Part shown: positions 13,021 to 26,900 of the stretch, in pieces
Numbering within the stretch: position 1 is the first letter of the stretch
Layout: every line of letters begins with the position of its first letter
Origin: Anolis carolinensis
Taxonomy: Eukaryota
NCBI RefSeq assembly: GCF_035594765.1
Contig: NC_085843.1
Coordinates: forward strand, 25,497,955-25,561,954
Length of the DNA stretch: 64,000 bases
Direction: 5' to 3'
Program-made: the position numbers and the translations under genes
Notes under the pieces: model-generated
Database searches by the model: none
What the model saw: the letters and a program-made list of their open reading frames with translations, nothing else
Told to the model about the DNA's origin: nothing

Positions 13021-14588
13021 CCATCTGAAGTGTGGAATCTCTAGTTATGATTGGGAAGACAAAAATTGCAAACAAATCCTTTGGAATTAAATACCAGGGA
13101 GCCTTCGTGAACACCAGCAATTTCTTTTCAGTAGCAAAATATAATGGAGTTCAGTCTCTTCACACACACAAAAGGACAATTTCCAGGTTATCCTAAATAT
13201 TCCTCTCTAGGTCCCCCCAGTATGATATTACAGTCAGTTTCCAGTGGACATTGATCAGAGAGTTGAAGAAAATCCCTGGAAAGGTGTTTACTCAGGTTAA
13301 AAATAGCAATTATTTTATTTGTGGTTTTTCAGGGGTCCTGTTCTCTGAACTCTGGTGAATGTGGAGAGCTGACTGTACTAAGAAAATGAGCCTAGTGATA
13401 GCAATTGATTTCAAGCATGATAGCTTTCTATGTACTCTGAAAGGTACGTCTTCTCCCTTTGTGACTTTGGAAGACATTAGAAAGGAAAGTACACCATGGA
13501 ATTGCTGGATATCTAAAATCACGAAATAGATTGTCCCATTCAAATTGTTGGGGCAAATGGAGCAAGGAACAAATGAGAACTTTATGTATCAGGTTTCCTT
13601 TATTCGACTCTGACTAGTAGAATACAGTCAGTTCCTCTAAATAATATTACAGTTGTATACTATTTTACAACCAAATGGGTTTTTAACATAATTTTGTATC
13701 CAGTACATCAATTGAAAAATGTTGCAAACTTGAATAGATGTGAATTTTGCTCAGTATGTTTGTTCATTAAGATAAATAATATGAACATCAATGTGGGAAA
13801 CAAAAAAAAAACTAGCAAATCAGTGTATATATCATATTTCTTCAATTCTAAAATGCCATTGTTTGTAAGATGCACACTAATTTCAATACCACCAACAGAA
13901 AAAGATAGATATAGGTATATGGATATAGATGTATGTAACACATGCAATTCTAAGATGCACCCCATTAGAGCTATTTATATGGAGATAAAATGTGTCTTAA
14001 AATTGAAGAAATAAAGTGTTCATGTATAAGTCAACCTTGTGCATAAGTCAAGGACAACCTTTGAGACTAAAATTATGGATTTTGATATGACCTGTGGATA
14101 AGTAGAGTTTCATTCCCCAGAGAAGGGAAAGTACCAGTGTGGCCTCAGGTTGCCATCCAAACCTGACCACTGCTGCCACCATTCTCCTGACTAGGGATTC
14201 AAAAAGATATTTTCCCACTTTATTCTGAGAAGGAGATTATTCCTTTTTTATAAGAGTTAACACCAGAGTGAAATTGATGGCAATTACCATATATAGCCAT
14301 CTATCATACCCCATTTGGGTATACTGCCCATCTCTTGGCCCTAAGATATGTACATAAGTTTTCTATCCCTAATATGGTCCATGTCAATTTGCTCTGACTA
14401 ATGATTCCTGCCCCCTTGAGTGAAAGTTCTGACTGAGATTGTTTATTTTATCTATTGTTATTTTAACTGATCTGTTTTATTATAACGATGTATTTTATTG
14501 TATCAAATTATTGTATATTGTATGTTGTTTTGCACTCGTTGGAAACTGTCCTAAGTCCCTTCGGAGAGACAGAACGGTATATGAATAA

Positions 14589-14638
<50 letters not shown>

Positions 14639-15537
14639 TATTATTATTATTATTATATGTTTTTTTAATGTCAAGAAATTGAACCAAAAAAAGTAATAAA
14701 CCTATACACAGATCACTGTGATACTTCTGTTAGCCACAGTACTGCTTCTGGCCCTATGAACCTCATCCTACTGAAGGGAGCAGAGTATTTATCCCATTGC
14801 GTTCATTGTGTAAATCATTCTGTAATCAGGTGGGATTAATACTTACACTATCATACAATGTCTATTCCAGCCCATCTTGAATTTAAGAATGTGTGTTTCC
14901 CATCAGTACACATTGAATGGCTGTTTTATCTGATTCCATCAGGACCATCCCCTTGTATCACTCCCCTTAAGGGGCAGGGGGGCGGGGTCAGCAATTTGCA
15001 AGACTGAAAAGAGCATTGAGAGGGATGTTAGAACCACCCATGATACACGTCCACCACACATGCCATCAGGGAAGTGGATGAAGTGCAGTTGGGTGTAAAT
15101 GATACAGAACCTATCCCACACAAAACAGAATAATTATGATACATTTGAGAGCACTTAAGACAATTCCTGCCCATCTTTCAAAATGGACAGGAAGCAGACA
15201 GATTTCCTGGAACATCAAACAGAATATCTACTAAATGGGATACATGTCATGGGATAGCAAACATTGAATAACATCTAAAACACTTCAAAAACATCAGGGT
15301 ATTTAGGCAGCCAAGATACAATTAGTCAACTAAGCAATTCAAAACAGATGACATTGCAGGTCCCATACACATTTGAAAATGGTCAACAAAAATAGTAGAT
15401 TTGGCATTAATTACTCTCTTTCAGCCCAACCAATATATACATTTATCATCACATACGTGTAGCAAACACACCCCCTCAAACCAAACCAGCTTCAGAATTG
15501 GTTAGCAAATGGCCCTCAATGCCATTTCCTATTGGAG

Positions 15538-16319
15538 TGATTTCAGCTACCCACTAAAACCATGGGTTCAGAGCTCAGCGTGCTTCACTACTCCAAAGGT
15601 CAAATCAGGACATGAATCAAGTTTGAAGGCAACAGGAACAGAGGTTTATTTCTTTCAGGCCTGACAAGATGTCAGAGTCTGCTCTCTCAAAGATCCGACA
15701 TAACTCAATGCAAAATACAGAACATATTTATACACTTTTGATAGCTATTCAAAACACCCGTGCCAGCCTCTGATTGGCTGAAAGCTGCCCCAGCTAGGAT
15801 CCGGGCTGTCATTGGTTGCTGGATCTATGAGGCAGTCCGGTGATTGGTCCTCATGGCAGCAGGAAATTAAAGGAGCTGTTATTTGTTAATTTGAAGCATG
15901 CGTCTGTTAAAAAGTCTGCCCCGGAGGGGACCTCTGGAATGCAGTGCTACGATATGCAAAATAGTCTGTGATGGGATTAATTGCTCGGTCCAGTTTATAC
16001 AAAGGAAGAAGTCCAGTAAACACAATGGGTAGTTATGCTGATGGAACACTTTGATGAAGCACATACACTGGCAATCTGTGTGCTTATCCTCTGGAGCAGA
16101 TACCTCCTGATTCTTGATAACAGGAGGAAAAGCAGCAGGTGAACCATGAGTGGAATCAAACTGGAGTGATCAATTTGGGTGAAATTTGATATGGACTACT
16201 AGAATACCTGAAAATGACTGCTCGGAAAAATATTTACCTTTAAGGAGAATCCATTAGCATGATAAATGGGGCAAAATCATGCCATCCCCCAATCAATTTC
16301 TTGTCCTTGGTTAGAATCA
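15538..16319 (-). mobile_element. Solo LTR (782 bp)
   Basis: TGATT...AATCA ends; 5-bp TSD TGGAG; the minus strand carries three CCAAT boxes, a TATA (~15726-15732) and AATAAA (15645-15650) in U3-R order. Confidence 0.8.
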
Positions 16320-17816
16320 TGGAGATAGAAAAAAAGTCAGCCTTCTACACCATGGATGCAACAAGAAAGAATCAAGATGAAAACAGTTCTCATAGAGAGA
16401 TCCATTTCGGATGGGGAATCTTTTCCAAGTTTTAGCTATGCCAGGTGTTGAATTTTTTTCCAAAATAAATTCAGCATCTTGGATAGCCCATTTGACACCC
16501 CATCTAAATCTTGCCATGTGTTCACTAATCCACTATCATGAAAGCCATCAGCTGCCAAAGCTTGATGGTATCTTGCCTCTCAGTTCTATGTCCATGATCC
16601 TGAACAACTGTTTTGCTCATACATTTTTAGTGCTAATGGAAACTGGAATCAGCCTAGAATCCTAAGATCAATTCACACCTAGTCCTTGGTGGCTTTCCAG
16701 CCTCAAGTATCATCACCCCATAGTTTCCTGCAGGAAAGCTCTGCGGATACGTATTTATATTTACTTTATCTAACAAATGCAACAAGACACTATGGAGCTG
16801 GATCTACAGTGCCCTATATCCCGAGATCTCTTCCCAAATTATTTGCTTTGAACTAGATTATATGAGTCTCTGCTGCTATATAATCTGGAATCAGATCCTG
16901 GAATATTGGGCAGTGTAGAAGGGGCCTATATGAATACAGAACATCACAAGGAGGACAGTTACTGAATTAAGAAGAACTTTTCAGTTGTAACTCTCTGGCT
17001 TTAGAATGCTTTCTCCAGTGTGGGCCATATAGCTCAAATAGTATCATTGTCTCAGCACCAAATTAATTTTTTTTCTCTCTTCTCAGTTATCTGATGCAAT
17101 GTTAGCAGGATATGTTAGCAGGAAAGAGAGTATGTGAGAAGGAACTGGTTGTCAGGGTGGATTGGGGAGGCTGGAGTTCATGTGTGCATGTGTAGCAGTT
17201 GTCATCAAGGTGAGGATGGAAAGCAATAGAATGGATTGCAAGGTGGACACCTCAGCTCTTTGCTCACTTAAGCACTCTCTATATAAGGTATTTGAGCATC
17301 TGTGTTCTTGGAATCTGTAGGGAGTATGGGTGTCTTGGAACCACTCCCCAAAAAATGCAATGGGCCAACTGTATAATGATAAGTTATACTCTTCTATAAC
17401 TTTGATTTAATAAACCATTACACTGAGAACATATGGTCCTCTATTTCTTCCCAGATTCAGATTTCCATCTGATCCAACTAATAAGAACAAGGACCATGGA
17501 ACCTGAGAATTTTAGTCTAACAATAGCAGATGGGTCACAGGTTATCAACTCCGCATTTGTTTTTAAATTAATTATAAACATATCTTGGTGGGGGGGGGGG
17601 TTACTAATTCTCTTAACAAAATAACAATAAATTAAAATATGTCTCAGAATAAATTCAAGCCAAGTGTAAGTAAGGTGAATTACTATTTGGAATCCCATTA
17701 TTCGATATGCAGAATCTAAGGTCATCAGGTATCATCGTCTAACATTTTTAAAAGTTATAATTTATAGATACAATGTGTCTAAGCTTGGTATAAAGCTTAA
17801 GCTATTTGCAATTAAG

Positions 17817-18282
17817 GCTGCATCTACACATGCCATATGATGCAACTTGAAGCCAGCTTACAGTTGGCTTGCCCACAAAACATACACTCCAAAACATACA
17901 GCACACATTAAGCCAGAAAATCCATTGCAACTGATTGGAATATATCCTGTGCAGGGCCTGAATCCGAGACTGAAAAATGTGGAGCGCTTGTCAGGACAGC
18001 CCTAGCACTGATGCACTTTATCATACCCCAAAATACAACTGACTGAAACTCTTGCTTTCTGTGAAAGCTATTCATTTCCTGTGCCCTATCACATTTTCAG
18101 GCTGATCCCAAATGAACTGGTTAAGGGGATAAACATGTATTTCCTCCACAATCAGTGAATACTATGGCCACCATCCCAGCCCCAAACCAGTTCCTGGGAT
18201 ATTTGCATAGGCACTGCAAAGTGAAACCGGTTCATTTTAATCTACTTCCAAACTGCATTATAGTTTCTATGTGGAAGCAGCC
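17817..18282. mobile_element. Non-autonomous DNA transposon (Harbinger-like TIRs)
   Basis: Imperfect TIRs GGCTGCATCTACACAT...ATGTGGAAGCAGCC; related small elements near 16795-16926, 25782-26481 and 36424-36560. Confidence 0.5.
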
Positions 18283-18556
18283 TAAAATGTATTGCAAAAC
18301 TCATATATTTTAGTGTTTGGAACAGAAAAATGATAAGTGTCAAAAAAGAGATCGTGATACCCTTGCTATCTGATGGCTCATGAGCCTTTGTTTCATGCAC
18401 ACACATATTAAATTATTTTAAAATGCTAAATTCATTTTCAGGCTTTGTGTACAAGGTGTATATAGAACATAAATGAACTTCATCTTTAGACTCAGATCCC
18501 ATTTCCAAGATATCTTATTATGCAAACAGAAACATCCTGAATTCAAAAAATATATA

Positions 18557-18869
18557 CAGTAGAGTCTCACTTATCCAACACTCGCTTCTGGATTATCCAA
18601 TGCATTTTTGTAGTCAATGTTTTCAATGCATTGTGATATTTTGGTGCTAAATTCGTAAATACAGTAATTACAACATAGCACTAATGTGTAATGAACTACT
18701 TTTTCTGTCAGATTTGTTGTATAACATGATGTTTTGGAGCTTAATTTGTAAAATCATAACCTATTTTGATGTTTAATAGTCTTTTTCTTAATCTCTCCTT
18801 ATTATCCAACATATTCTCTTATCCAACGTTCTGCCGGCCCGTTTATGTTGGATAAATGAGACTCTACTG
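18557..18869. mobile_element. Tc1/mariner (Tigger-like) MITE, copy 1
   Basis: TIR CAGTAGAGTCTCACTTATCCAA; TA TSD; four copies in the window. Confidence 0.9.
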
Positions 18870-19120
18870 TATTCAAAATCCAAGCATTTTGTATATGGGA
18901 TATTCAAGCTTTATCTCCATGTTTGTTAATGAACCCCCACATAATTCTGCCCCATTGGTCTTTTTAGAGTTTTTTTCTCTATCTTACCCTGCAGAATACC
19001 GTGAATGAGGTCCACATGGCTATAGGCACACAAATCTCAGATCATTACGAAAATGTGATTAACATACATGGTTAACAAACTCTTGTAGACACTGCCACTC
19101 ATAGGAGTGGAAACACTTGT

Positions 19121-19415
19121 TCATCTACAGCAGAACAATCGCAGATCATTAAGGGCTGTGTCATCACCCCTCCCTTGATAACCCTCCACTTTTGTCTGGA
19201 TCCCACACACAGACCCAGAAGAGCAACGGCGACTCCAAGGGCCAAAGCTACCCCAGTGATTTCCTTGGCCCATAAGTCTAGTTCCGTCTTCACAGGTAAC
19301 CTGGAAATTGTTGGCAGCTGTATCATCACCACTCCTTTGATGCTCTTCCACTCTCAGAGAATAAGAAATCAGATTGCCTTTTGGACAATACTGAATGGAC
19401 GTCCATGTTCCCCAC
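19121..19415 (-). CDS. VMO1: VMO1-like paralog B, exon 3 (terminal); full protein 186 aa
   Basis: CAG| acceptor; [13 protein letters not shown]...GDDTAANN...WGSFGPWS...[15 protein letters not shown]-stop; 295 bp; phase fits exon 2. Confidence 0.93.
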
Positions 19416-20370
19416 CTGTGAAGAAACCAAAGTTGTTTGAAATGCTCACAATGCCTTATGTGTTTTGTATCTATTCCATTCAGTCTGCAATCAATCAGTG
19501 GACTCAAGAAGACAAACCCCATTATTTCATGGTACTACATAGACTAAAGCATTGGGTTGAAATAGACCTTAACCCTGTATTACTGTATTTCCATGGAAGA
19601 AACAAGCCTTATATTAATTATATTAAAATTCATACAAATACATCCAACCACAATACATAATCAGTTAAAACATCATATCTTGATATAGACCAGAGCCTAG
19701 ACCAGAGCCTAGACCAGACCTTCTTAAACTTTTCCCACTTGTAGCCCCTTTCCATCTGATAAATATTTACATGGCACCAGGTATATAAATATATTATTAA
19801 AAGGTATAAAATCAAATTTACTGATAATAAATCAGTATTTTCAAGGTATTCTAAACAGACTGATTTTTATTTTTATGAAGTACAGCTGAAACTTTGTCTA
19901 CAGAGTCCATTGTATGTTGATAATAACAGACTTAGATAAATGTCTACAACAGCCACTGGGTGGAGTCTGGAAACTTTTTATTATTGCCAAATATTTTGTG
20001 ACGCCCACATTCTCTTACGGGACCCTATTTGAGTTGAGACATATAGTTTAAGAAGCAGTGGCCTACACTGCCGCTCCCACCCCCGAACTACTGCCCACCC
20101 CCAGATAGGTTTTCTGGGTCATTTGGTGTGAGAAAGGAGTGACAGAGTTGGTTTCTTTGTCCCTGTCACAATAAGATCATGTACATTTCTATTTTTTAGT
20201 ACCAAGTCCCTCACAGTCCCTAATGCTATATCTGACTAATACATACAAGTATTTACAAGTAATATTTATCCTTCTACACGTTTGACAATGTCAACTTAGT
20301 GGGTAGCCAGAAGTAATCCCCATTAAGTTTGATTGGAGTCACTCTGAAGTCACTGTTGGCTTATGACTCC

Positions 20371-21114
20371 TGCTGCTGCTGCTCAATCATATAGTCGCTT
20401 CCGACTCTTTGTGACCTCATGGACCAGTCCACGCCAGAGCTCCCTGTCAGCCATCACCGCCCCCAGTTCCTTCAAGGTCAAGCCAGTCATTTCAAGGATA
20501 CTGTCCATCCATCTCGCCCTTGGTCAGCCTCTCTTCCTTTTTCCTTCCTTTTTCCCCAGCATCATGATCTTTTCCAAGCTTTCCTGTCTTCTCATGATGT
20601 GGCCAAAATACTTCATCTCTATCTCTAGTATCCTTCCCTCCAGTGAGCAGCCGGACACTATTTCCTGGAGTATGGACTGGTTGGATCTTCTTGCGGTCCA
20701 AGGCACTCTCAGGATTTTCCTCCAGCACCAAAGTTCAAAAGCATCTATCTTCCTTCGCTCAGCCTTCCTTATGGTCCAGCTCTCGCATCCATAGGTTACT
20801 ATGGGGAATACCATTTCTTTCACTATGCGGACCTTCGTTGCCAGTGTGATGTCTCTGCCCTTCACTATTTTATCAAGGTTGGCCATTGCTCTCCTCCCAA
20901 GAAGTAAACGTCTTCTGATTTCATGGCTGCAGTCTGCCTCTGCAGTGATCTTCGCACCTAGAAATATAAAGTCTGTCACTGCCTCCATGTTTTCTCCTTC
21001 TATTTGCCAGTTATCGATAGGTGTGGTTGCCATGACCTTGGTTTTCTTGATGTTTAACTGCGACCCAGCTTTTGCACTTTCTTCTTTCACCCTGGTGATA
21101 AGGCTCCTCCTCAG
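20371..21114 (-). mobile_element. BovB-like RTE LINE, 5'-truncated (intron 2 of paralog B)
   Basis: YGCESWTIRKAERRKIDAFELWCWR, typical of the BovB C-terminus; (GCA)n tail. Confidence 0.9.
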
Positions 21115-22446
21115 ATCTTTCATGAAGTTATTAAATGTCACTTGGAGCAATTCTCTGCAATAGATGCTCTACAACAAAACATAAGATCTCCTGGGCCAGA
21201 AAAGATTAATTAAAATTAGGTGTTTACTTTTAAAAAAGAAAAAGCTAAATAAAATTCCACATTTTCTGCTTTGAACTGGAATATATGGCAGTGTGGACTC
21301 AGATAACCCAGTTCAAAGCAGATATTGTGAGATTTTCTGTCTTATTATGGGTTATATTGCTGTGTGGAAGGGCCCAAAGATGCACACGTCAGGTTTCAAC
21401 TACACCATACAATTATGATATGTTGAATCCACTGCCATGGATTCCTGGAATTTGTGCTGTAATTTAATTAGTTTATCTAATTTGACTCAAATACAATATT
21501 CTTCTGATTCTCTGGGAAAACAGTAGCTTTCATCTTCTAAAATAAGGGGGCAGTGAAAGAAATAAGAAAGGAAAATGTTGAAAATGGATAATATTTAATC
21601 TGTTGTATAATATAGAGTCAAAGTCATGGTGGTTATTTTATTCTCAAAATTATTATTTTGTGTATTATGTTTATTTATATTCCACTTTATCTCTCCTGCA
21701 GGAGACTCACAGCAGCTAACATTAAAAGCATTACAATACAATTTATAATTTACAAATATACAATATTAAAACAGTATTAAAAACAAATCAAATGAACACA
21801 CAAATACAAGTTATAATTGATAGGCCGGCAGGTCTTAACATGCAAGCGTAGGCAGGCAAGTTTGTCACTCATTGTCTGGAAATCCAGCATGCATTAGCAG
21901 CAATAGTTGTGTGTAACAGCTTCTTTTTAATACGAAACTATAAATAAGGCAAAGCATATGAAATCAAATTGAGACTGTTTCTGAATAGTGCGACAAACAG
22001 TTAACAAGCTGCTAACAAAAGCTGATCATTAATTGGTTGATAGCAGTGCATCAGAATCATCCTTCTCATTTAGGATCATTTTAAATGTAACTTGTAGTTT
22101 TTGTTTTAAAATCAACATTAATTATCTTAATTATCTGTGTGTAATGCAAATATTATTATGGTTGGTTTCAATAAATCATTTTATAATTCAAAATTTCAAG
22201 GTGTCTTATTTACAATAACATCTTTCTTTATCATGTTGTAGGATGAAGGTAGAAATACATTAAAATACATAAAAGAATGCAAATTTGGGATTGCATCTTT
22301 CTGTTTGCTCACTAAAAGAAGGTAAGTTTTCAAGGGGTGGTAAGTAGTTTGTGTTCTGAAAATGCATTTAGGAACCTCTGGTCTAGGCCAGAACTACATA
22401 AATTGTGGGACCTGACCCCAAAGGGTCCCACCTCTTAGAGGCTTCC

Positions 22447-23404
22447 TGTTGTATTCCAGCCTGCATCTGAGCTGTCAGGTGAGCCTGGGGTTGGGCCTGT
22501 TCAGCCTGTGATAGTACTTGCACCTGACCTGTCAGATGAATCTGGGTTGGGGCCTAGGATTCCTCTGGAGCCAGAGGTAAATGATTATGTACAGCCAGAG
22601 TTAAATGAGGCAGCTGTTCCTGGACAGCCAGAGTTAGATGAGGTTGCTGTTCCCGAGGATTCTGGGAGCAGGCATTCAACGATTTCAAGCAGGCAGCTTG
22701 AACCACATTCTTTGGGAGAGTCAAGGTCGAGTTATCCCTTGGCAGATGGGCATTCCAGTCTTGCTAAGAGTAATGAGGTTGACAGAAAGAAAGCTATATG
22801 TCAACAGAGACAAGAAAAGGAGGTTTTGAGAAGGCGTAAATGGTTACTAATGAGAAAGGTGTTTGATCAAATTTCCCATGGAAAGAGGCTTTGATTTTAG
22901 CTTTAAGAGGAATTGCTGCTGAGAGTAAGTTCAGAGGTGGTAACTTTGCTCATCGAGAAGTTTGATCCTGCTTCATGGACTCTTGTTTCATGTTTCCTTT
23001 GGACTTTCTTGCCAAGTTCCTGTAAGCCTTGTATCTTGAGTTTTATTCCAGTTCTTGTTCTTGTTCCTGAGTATTGGATTATGAAGTCATGTTCCTGAAA
23101 GCCTTGCATTTTGAATCTCTTGTTCCAGTTCAAGATCCTATTCTTTGTTCTAGTTCATGATCCTATTCCCTGGACTAATTTTAGTTACCTTGACTAAAGT
23201 TTATTCTTGTGTTCGGATTTCTATGGACACCTGCTTCAAGATTCTCAAATGCCTCGTACCTTCTGGACTAGAACATTATTTTATTGACTTTGAAACTTTG
23301 ATTTGCTAATGCTTACAAATTATCTTCAATAGACAGCTTGCATTGCTTAGAACCTTGTGCTCCAGTGTGGTTTTAAGGTGTCTCTGGAGCCTAGGGGTGC
23401 AACA
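22447..23404 (+). mobile_element. Solo LTR (958 bp, probably Gypsy-type) in intron 2 of paralog B
   Basis: TGTTG...CAACA ends; 5-bp TSD CTTCC (22442-22446 and 23405-23409); 3' end GGGGTGCAACA shared with the LTR at 12141. Confidence 0.85.
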
Positions 23405-23735
23405 CTTCCTCCCCACCCCTTTGCTAAGAGAAAGGAAACAGGCCCAGCGAGGGCAGCCAGTCAAATGGATGATGTGGACCTCATCACACTAGAGATTAAA
23501 GAGTAGCTAAAAGAGTGTTCAAATCATGTGGCTTCCTCCTTCAGCATTCTGGAGTTAGATCTCTCTGGCTGAGTGGTTTAGAGGTCTCTCCCTGAACTAC
23601 AAACCCCAGAATTTTGCAGGGGCAACCACAGGATTTAAACACTATTTCCCTCCTTTTCAGACTCTTGAAACCAGTGGCAGTGAACAACAAAGTCAATGAG
23701 AAAGAAGATTTTTTTAAAAAAAAAATATTACTCAC

Positions 23736-23830
23736 GGTGCAACTATAGATTCAATTACAGAGCCGTCGGTGCAGTACAGGCGGATTCCATTCAGGGCTGT
23801 GTCATCCTGGTTAACAAGATGTGGTTCTAC
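23736..23830 (-). CDS. VMO1: VMO1-like paralog B, exon 2
   Basis: 95 bp; CAG| acceptor and |GTGAGT donor; [32 protein letters not shown]. Confidence 0.93.
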
Positions 23831-23918
23831 CTGGTGGCAGGAATATTTAAAAAGATAATGTTAATGTTATGGATGCACCTGGGGGTTTCAATATTGCGCA
23901 TATATATATATATCTCCC

Positions 23919-23954
<36 letters not shown>

Positions 23955-26900
23955 GCACACACATATCAGTAAGGGAAACTGGGTTAGTGACAGGTAATCC
24001 CTGTAGTGCATCTACACTCTAGAATTATTGTAATTCGACACAACTTTAATTGCCATGGCCCAATGCTGTGAAATCCTGGGATTTGTAGTTTGGTGTGTTA
24101 CCAGTACTCTGGCAAAGACTAAAGAATTTGTAAAATTAAAACTCCCATGATTCTGTAGCATTGAACAATGACAGTTAAAGTGGTGTCAAACTACATTACT
24201 TCTACAGTGTAGGTGCACCCTACATCTCAATGGGACCTATGATCTACAAGACTTTCTCCATAGCGGCATCGCCGTTGTAGATCTTCCTTCCAGGAGAAGT
24301 CTGATGGGTTCCATCCATCAGATTCTTTCAGTGATCAATCTAAACTAAAATGTTTCATATGGCTCTTGGTCCTTAGGGAAGACAACCTTTTCTTATTGTT
24401 TTAGGTTTGTATGTTTTGTGAAAGAAGCCTTGTTTTTATTCATTTTATCTATTTTTATTTGCTTTATTTATATAATGTGGTAAACTGAGATGCAAACACA
24501 TTTTAAAAAATAACTTTACAGAGAGGCTGCAGCAGTTTGCTTGTTGGATTAGTGATATTCTTTCCCCGTCCTTTCCTCTTCCTATACTGAGTTAACGACC
24601 TACTTTTGCAATTTTAATCAGTTGGTGCCAACTGAAGTAGCCAAGGATAAACTGACTATGTGGAAGAAAGAAAAATTGGGATGTTCTAAAAGCAGCCCCA
24701 AAAAGTGAGATTACAGATTATTCACTGAGACTGTCACTGCTAAATTGGAACAGAGGATATCTGAGCAGGGAAGAGGAGACTGGAGTAACTAGCGAAATTG
24801 GAGTAGCAGCCAATATCAATCTCAGCTTTTCCTTACATCCTACAGTTTATTGTGTAAGAGAAACAAAACATGAGTGGAAGAGAGAATGTACTTCTAACAT
24901 TTTTTCCCTTTCTTTCTTTTTTTGGTGGCATTCTAGCAAAGCTAAAGGGATTTGAACAAATAACTCTCATTGAACACTGTAATATGATACCTGGACATCT
25001 ACCAGTGGTTCACAGTGAGTTTGAAATCTCTCTACCTGGGGAATATGTTTAGCTAGTTTCATGGACACAATTTCTAGTCCCCTCCCCTCCTCCAATTATT
25101 TATGGAGAATTCCATATCCTACACACTTGTGATTAATCCTGTAGCCCAATGGTGGATTTTTTCCACATGAATTATTATGGCTTTGTTTTTCATTTTGTTT
25201 TGATTTAACAAAGAGTGCTGCCTCATTCCAGGAACTGTGCAGAGCAGGGGGCAAAGAACATTATCTCACACTTGAAATCTTCCAAATTCTTAAAAATTCG
25301 TTCCTTCTGTAAAAAAAAAAAAAAAAAAAACTGATCTAGTGGAAAAGACAAATTAACTGCACAATTCCTTTTCACCAATACCACCAAAGGTATTCTATCT
25401 AGAAATGCCCAGTCTTTCTCTGAACTACAGCCTCATCACACTTACCTTAAATAGCATCCTATGACACTTCCAACTTGTCTGGGGACAGAGCCCCATGCTA
25501 GCATGACATCGTGTAACTTCCGGCAGAAGCCTCATCCCCAACCAGGGTGAAAGCATCACCCGAGGCTTCACCCACAACATGGGAGACTTCCCATGTTGTA
25601 CTGGCTCCAATTGAGCCAGTATGGATCCTCTACACTCTGGCAATGCTTCCCCAGCATCGCTGAAAAGGAGCTGCGTGCAAGACAACAGATTTGCCCCACT
25701 GCTCCTCTCTTTTCTACCGGAAGCCAAGCCAAGTGGGATGCTTTGCCTTGCCTTTGTGATGAGGCCCTTAGTCACAACTAGGAGCCCATCTACAATGTCA
25801 TTTAATCCAGTGAAGACATTGTATTAGCTTGAGCATCCACACAAGGCACACATAGGCTAATGCAATTGAAGCTCGGGTAAGCCAGTTAATCCATCTTAAA
25901 TCCTGGGAAAGATCTGAATCCTCCAGGAAGATCTGGACCTTTACTGGTGCTTCAGCAGTGGGGACTGCTACCTCAGATCACCATGTACAATCCAATATTG
26001 CATTCCCCACAGCTATCCTTCACTCCCCGAGCTCAGGCAGCCCAGGAGGGCTGAGATGCCAGTGACTTTCTGCCTCTCTGCATCCCTAATATTGCCACAA
26101 AAAAAGTACAGAAAATGATCCCTTATCATTCCAGCAGGCTTTGTACTTCCTGATTCAGTGTCATTCTAGCAGCTACAGATCTTTAGAGGAGGGGAAGGGG
26201 CTTACTGCTCACAGGCTCAATCGCTGTGACAATTACACTGAATCAGGAAATAAAGAGCCTGCAGGAATTGCACTACAGTCTTCTGTATGTTTATTTCTTT
26301 TTGGTGGATATGGGGGTCGAGGGAAGGTAGAAAAGTCAGCTGATACCCAGCATTTCTGAACTAGGTTTGGCATGACCAGGCTGTTGGGATGGTCTTCCAC
26401 CGCAGAGGTGGCTTTGGGTAGACTGGTGTGGCCACTTTTCATTCCAGTTCCAGACACCTTTTATAACTATGTGGATGGGCCCTAGAAGGAAAGAAAGGAC
26501 ACTGACCTTTAAAGTAGGTATAATAGAGACTTCTGGATTTATTTATTCCTTAATAGTAATGATGCCTCACGTTTCTACCACTACTTCAACATTATCCTCC
26601 TAGCAACCTTGAAATGTAGATTAGCCTGAGAAATACTAGTGGCACAAAAACAACCAATGTGGTACATAATTGAATATGGATTTGAATTCACATCTCCCTC
26701 AAACTACTGTAAGACTCTGCCACCTTGCTTTCAAAAGGAGGAGGAGGAGGAGAAGGAGAAGAAGTAGTTGTTGTTGTTCACTGAGTCAAGCCATCTGACC
26801 GAGGGCCCCCTTCACACTACACAATTATGACACTATGATTCCACTTTAACTAATATGGCAACATCCTATGGAATCACACGACTTTAGGGGGCATTTGCAA

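Noticed and set aside
14488-14682. Poly-Leu ORF, and similar poly-Ile/Asn/Cys/Tyr ORFs at 28902, 37576 and 52469
   Set aside because: Translations of (TTA)n or (AAC)n microsatellites and LINE tails
19175-19660. 161-aa plus-strand ORF and other ORFs antisense to VMO1 exons or LINE ORFs
   Set aside because: Shadow frames with no motifs or splice support
25425-25775. ORF ending LCPQ...FK with a perfect AAG|GTAAGT donor in intron 1 of B, resembling a VMO1 exon 1
   Set aside because: No signal peptide or NGGxWG motif and wrong spacing; at most a cryptic donor
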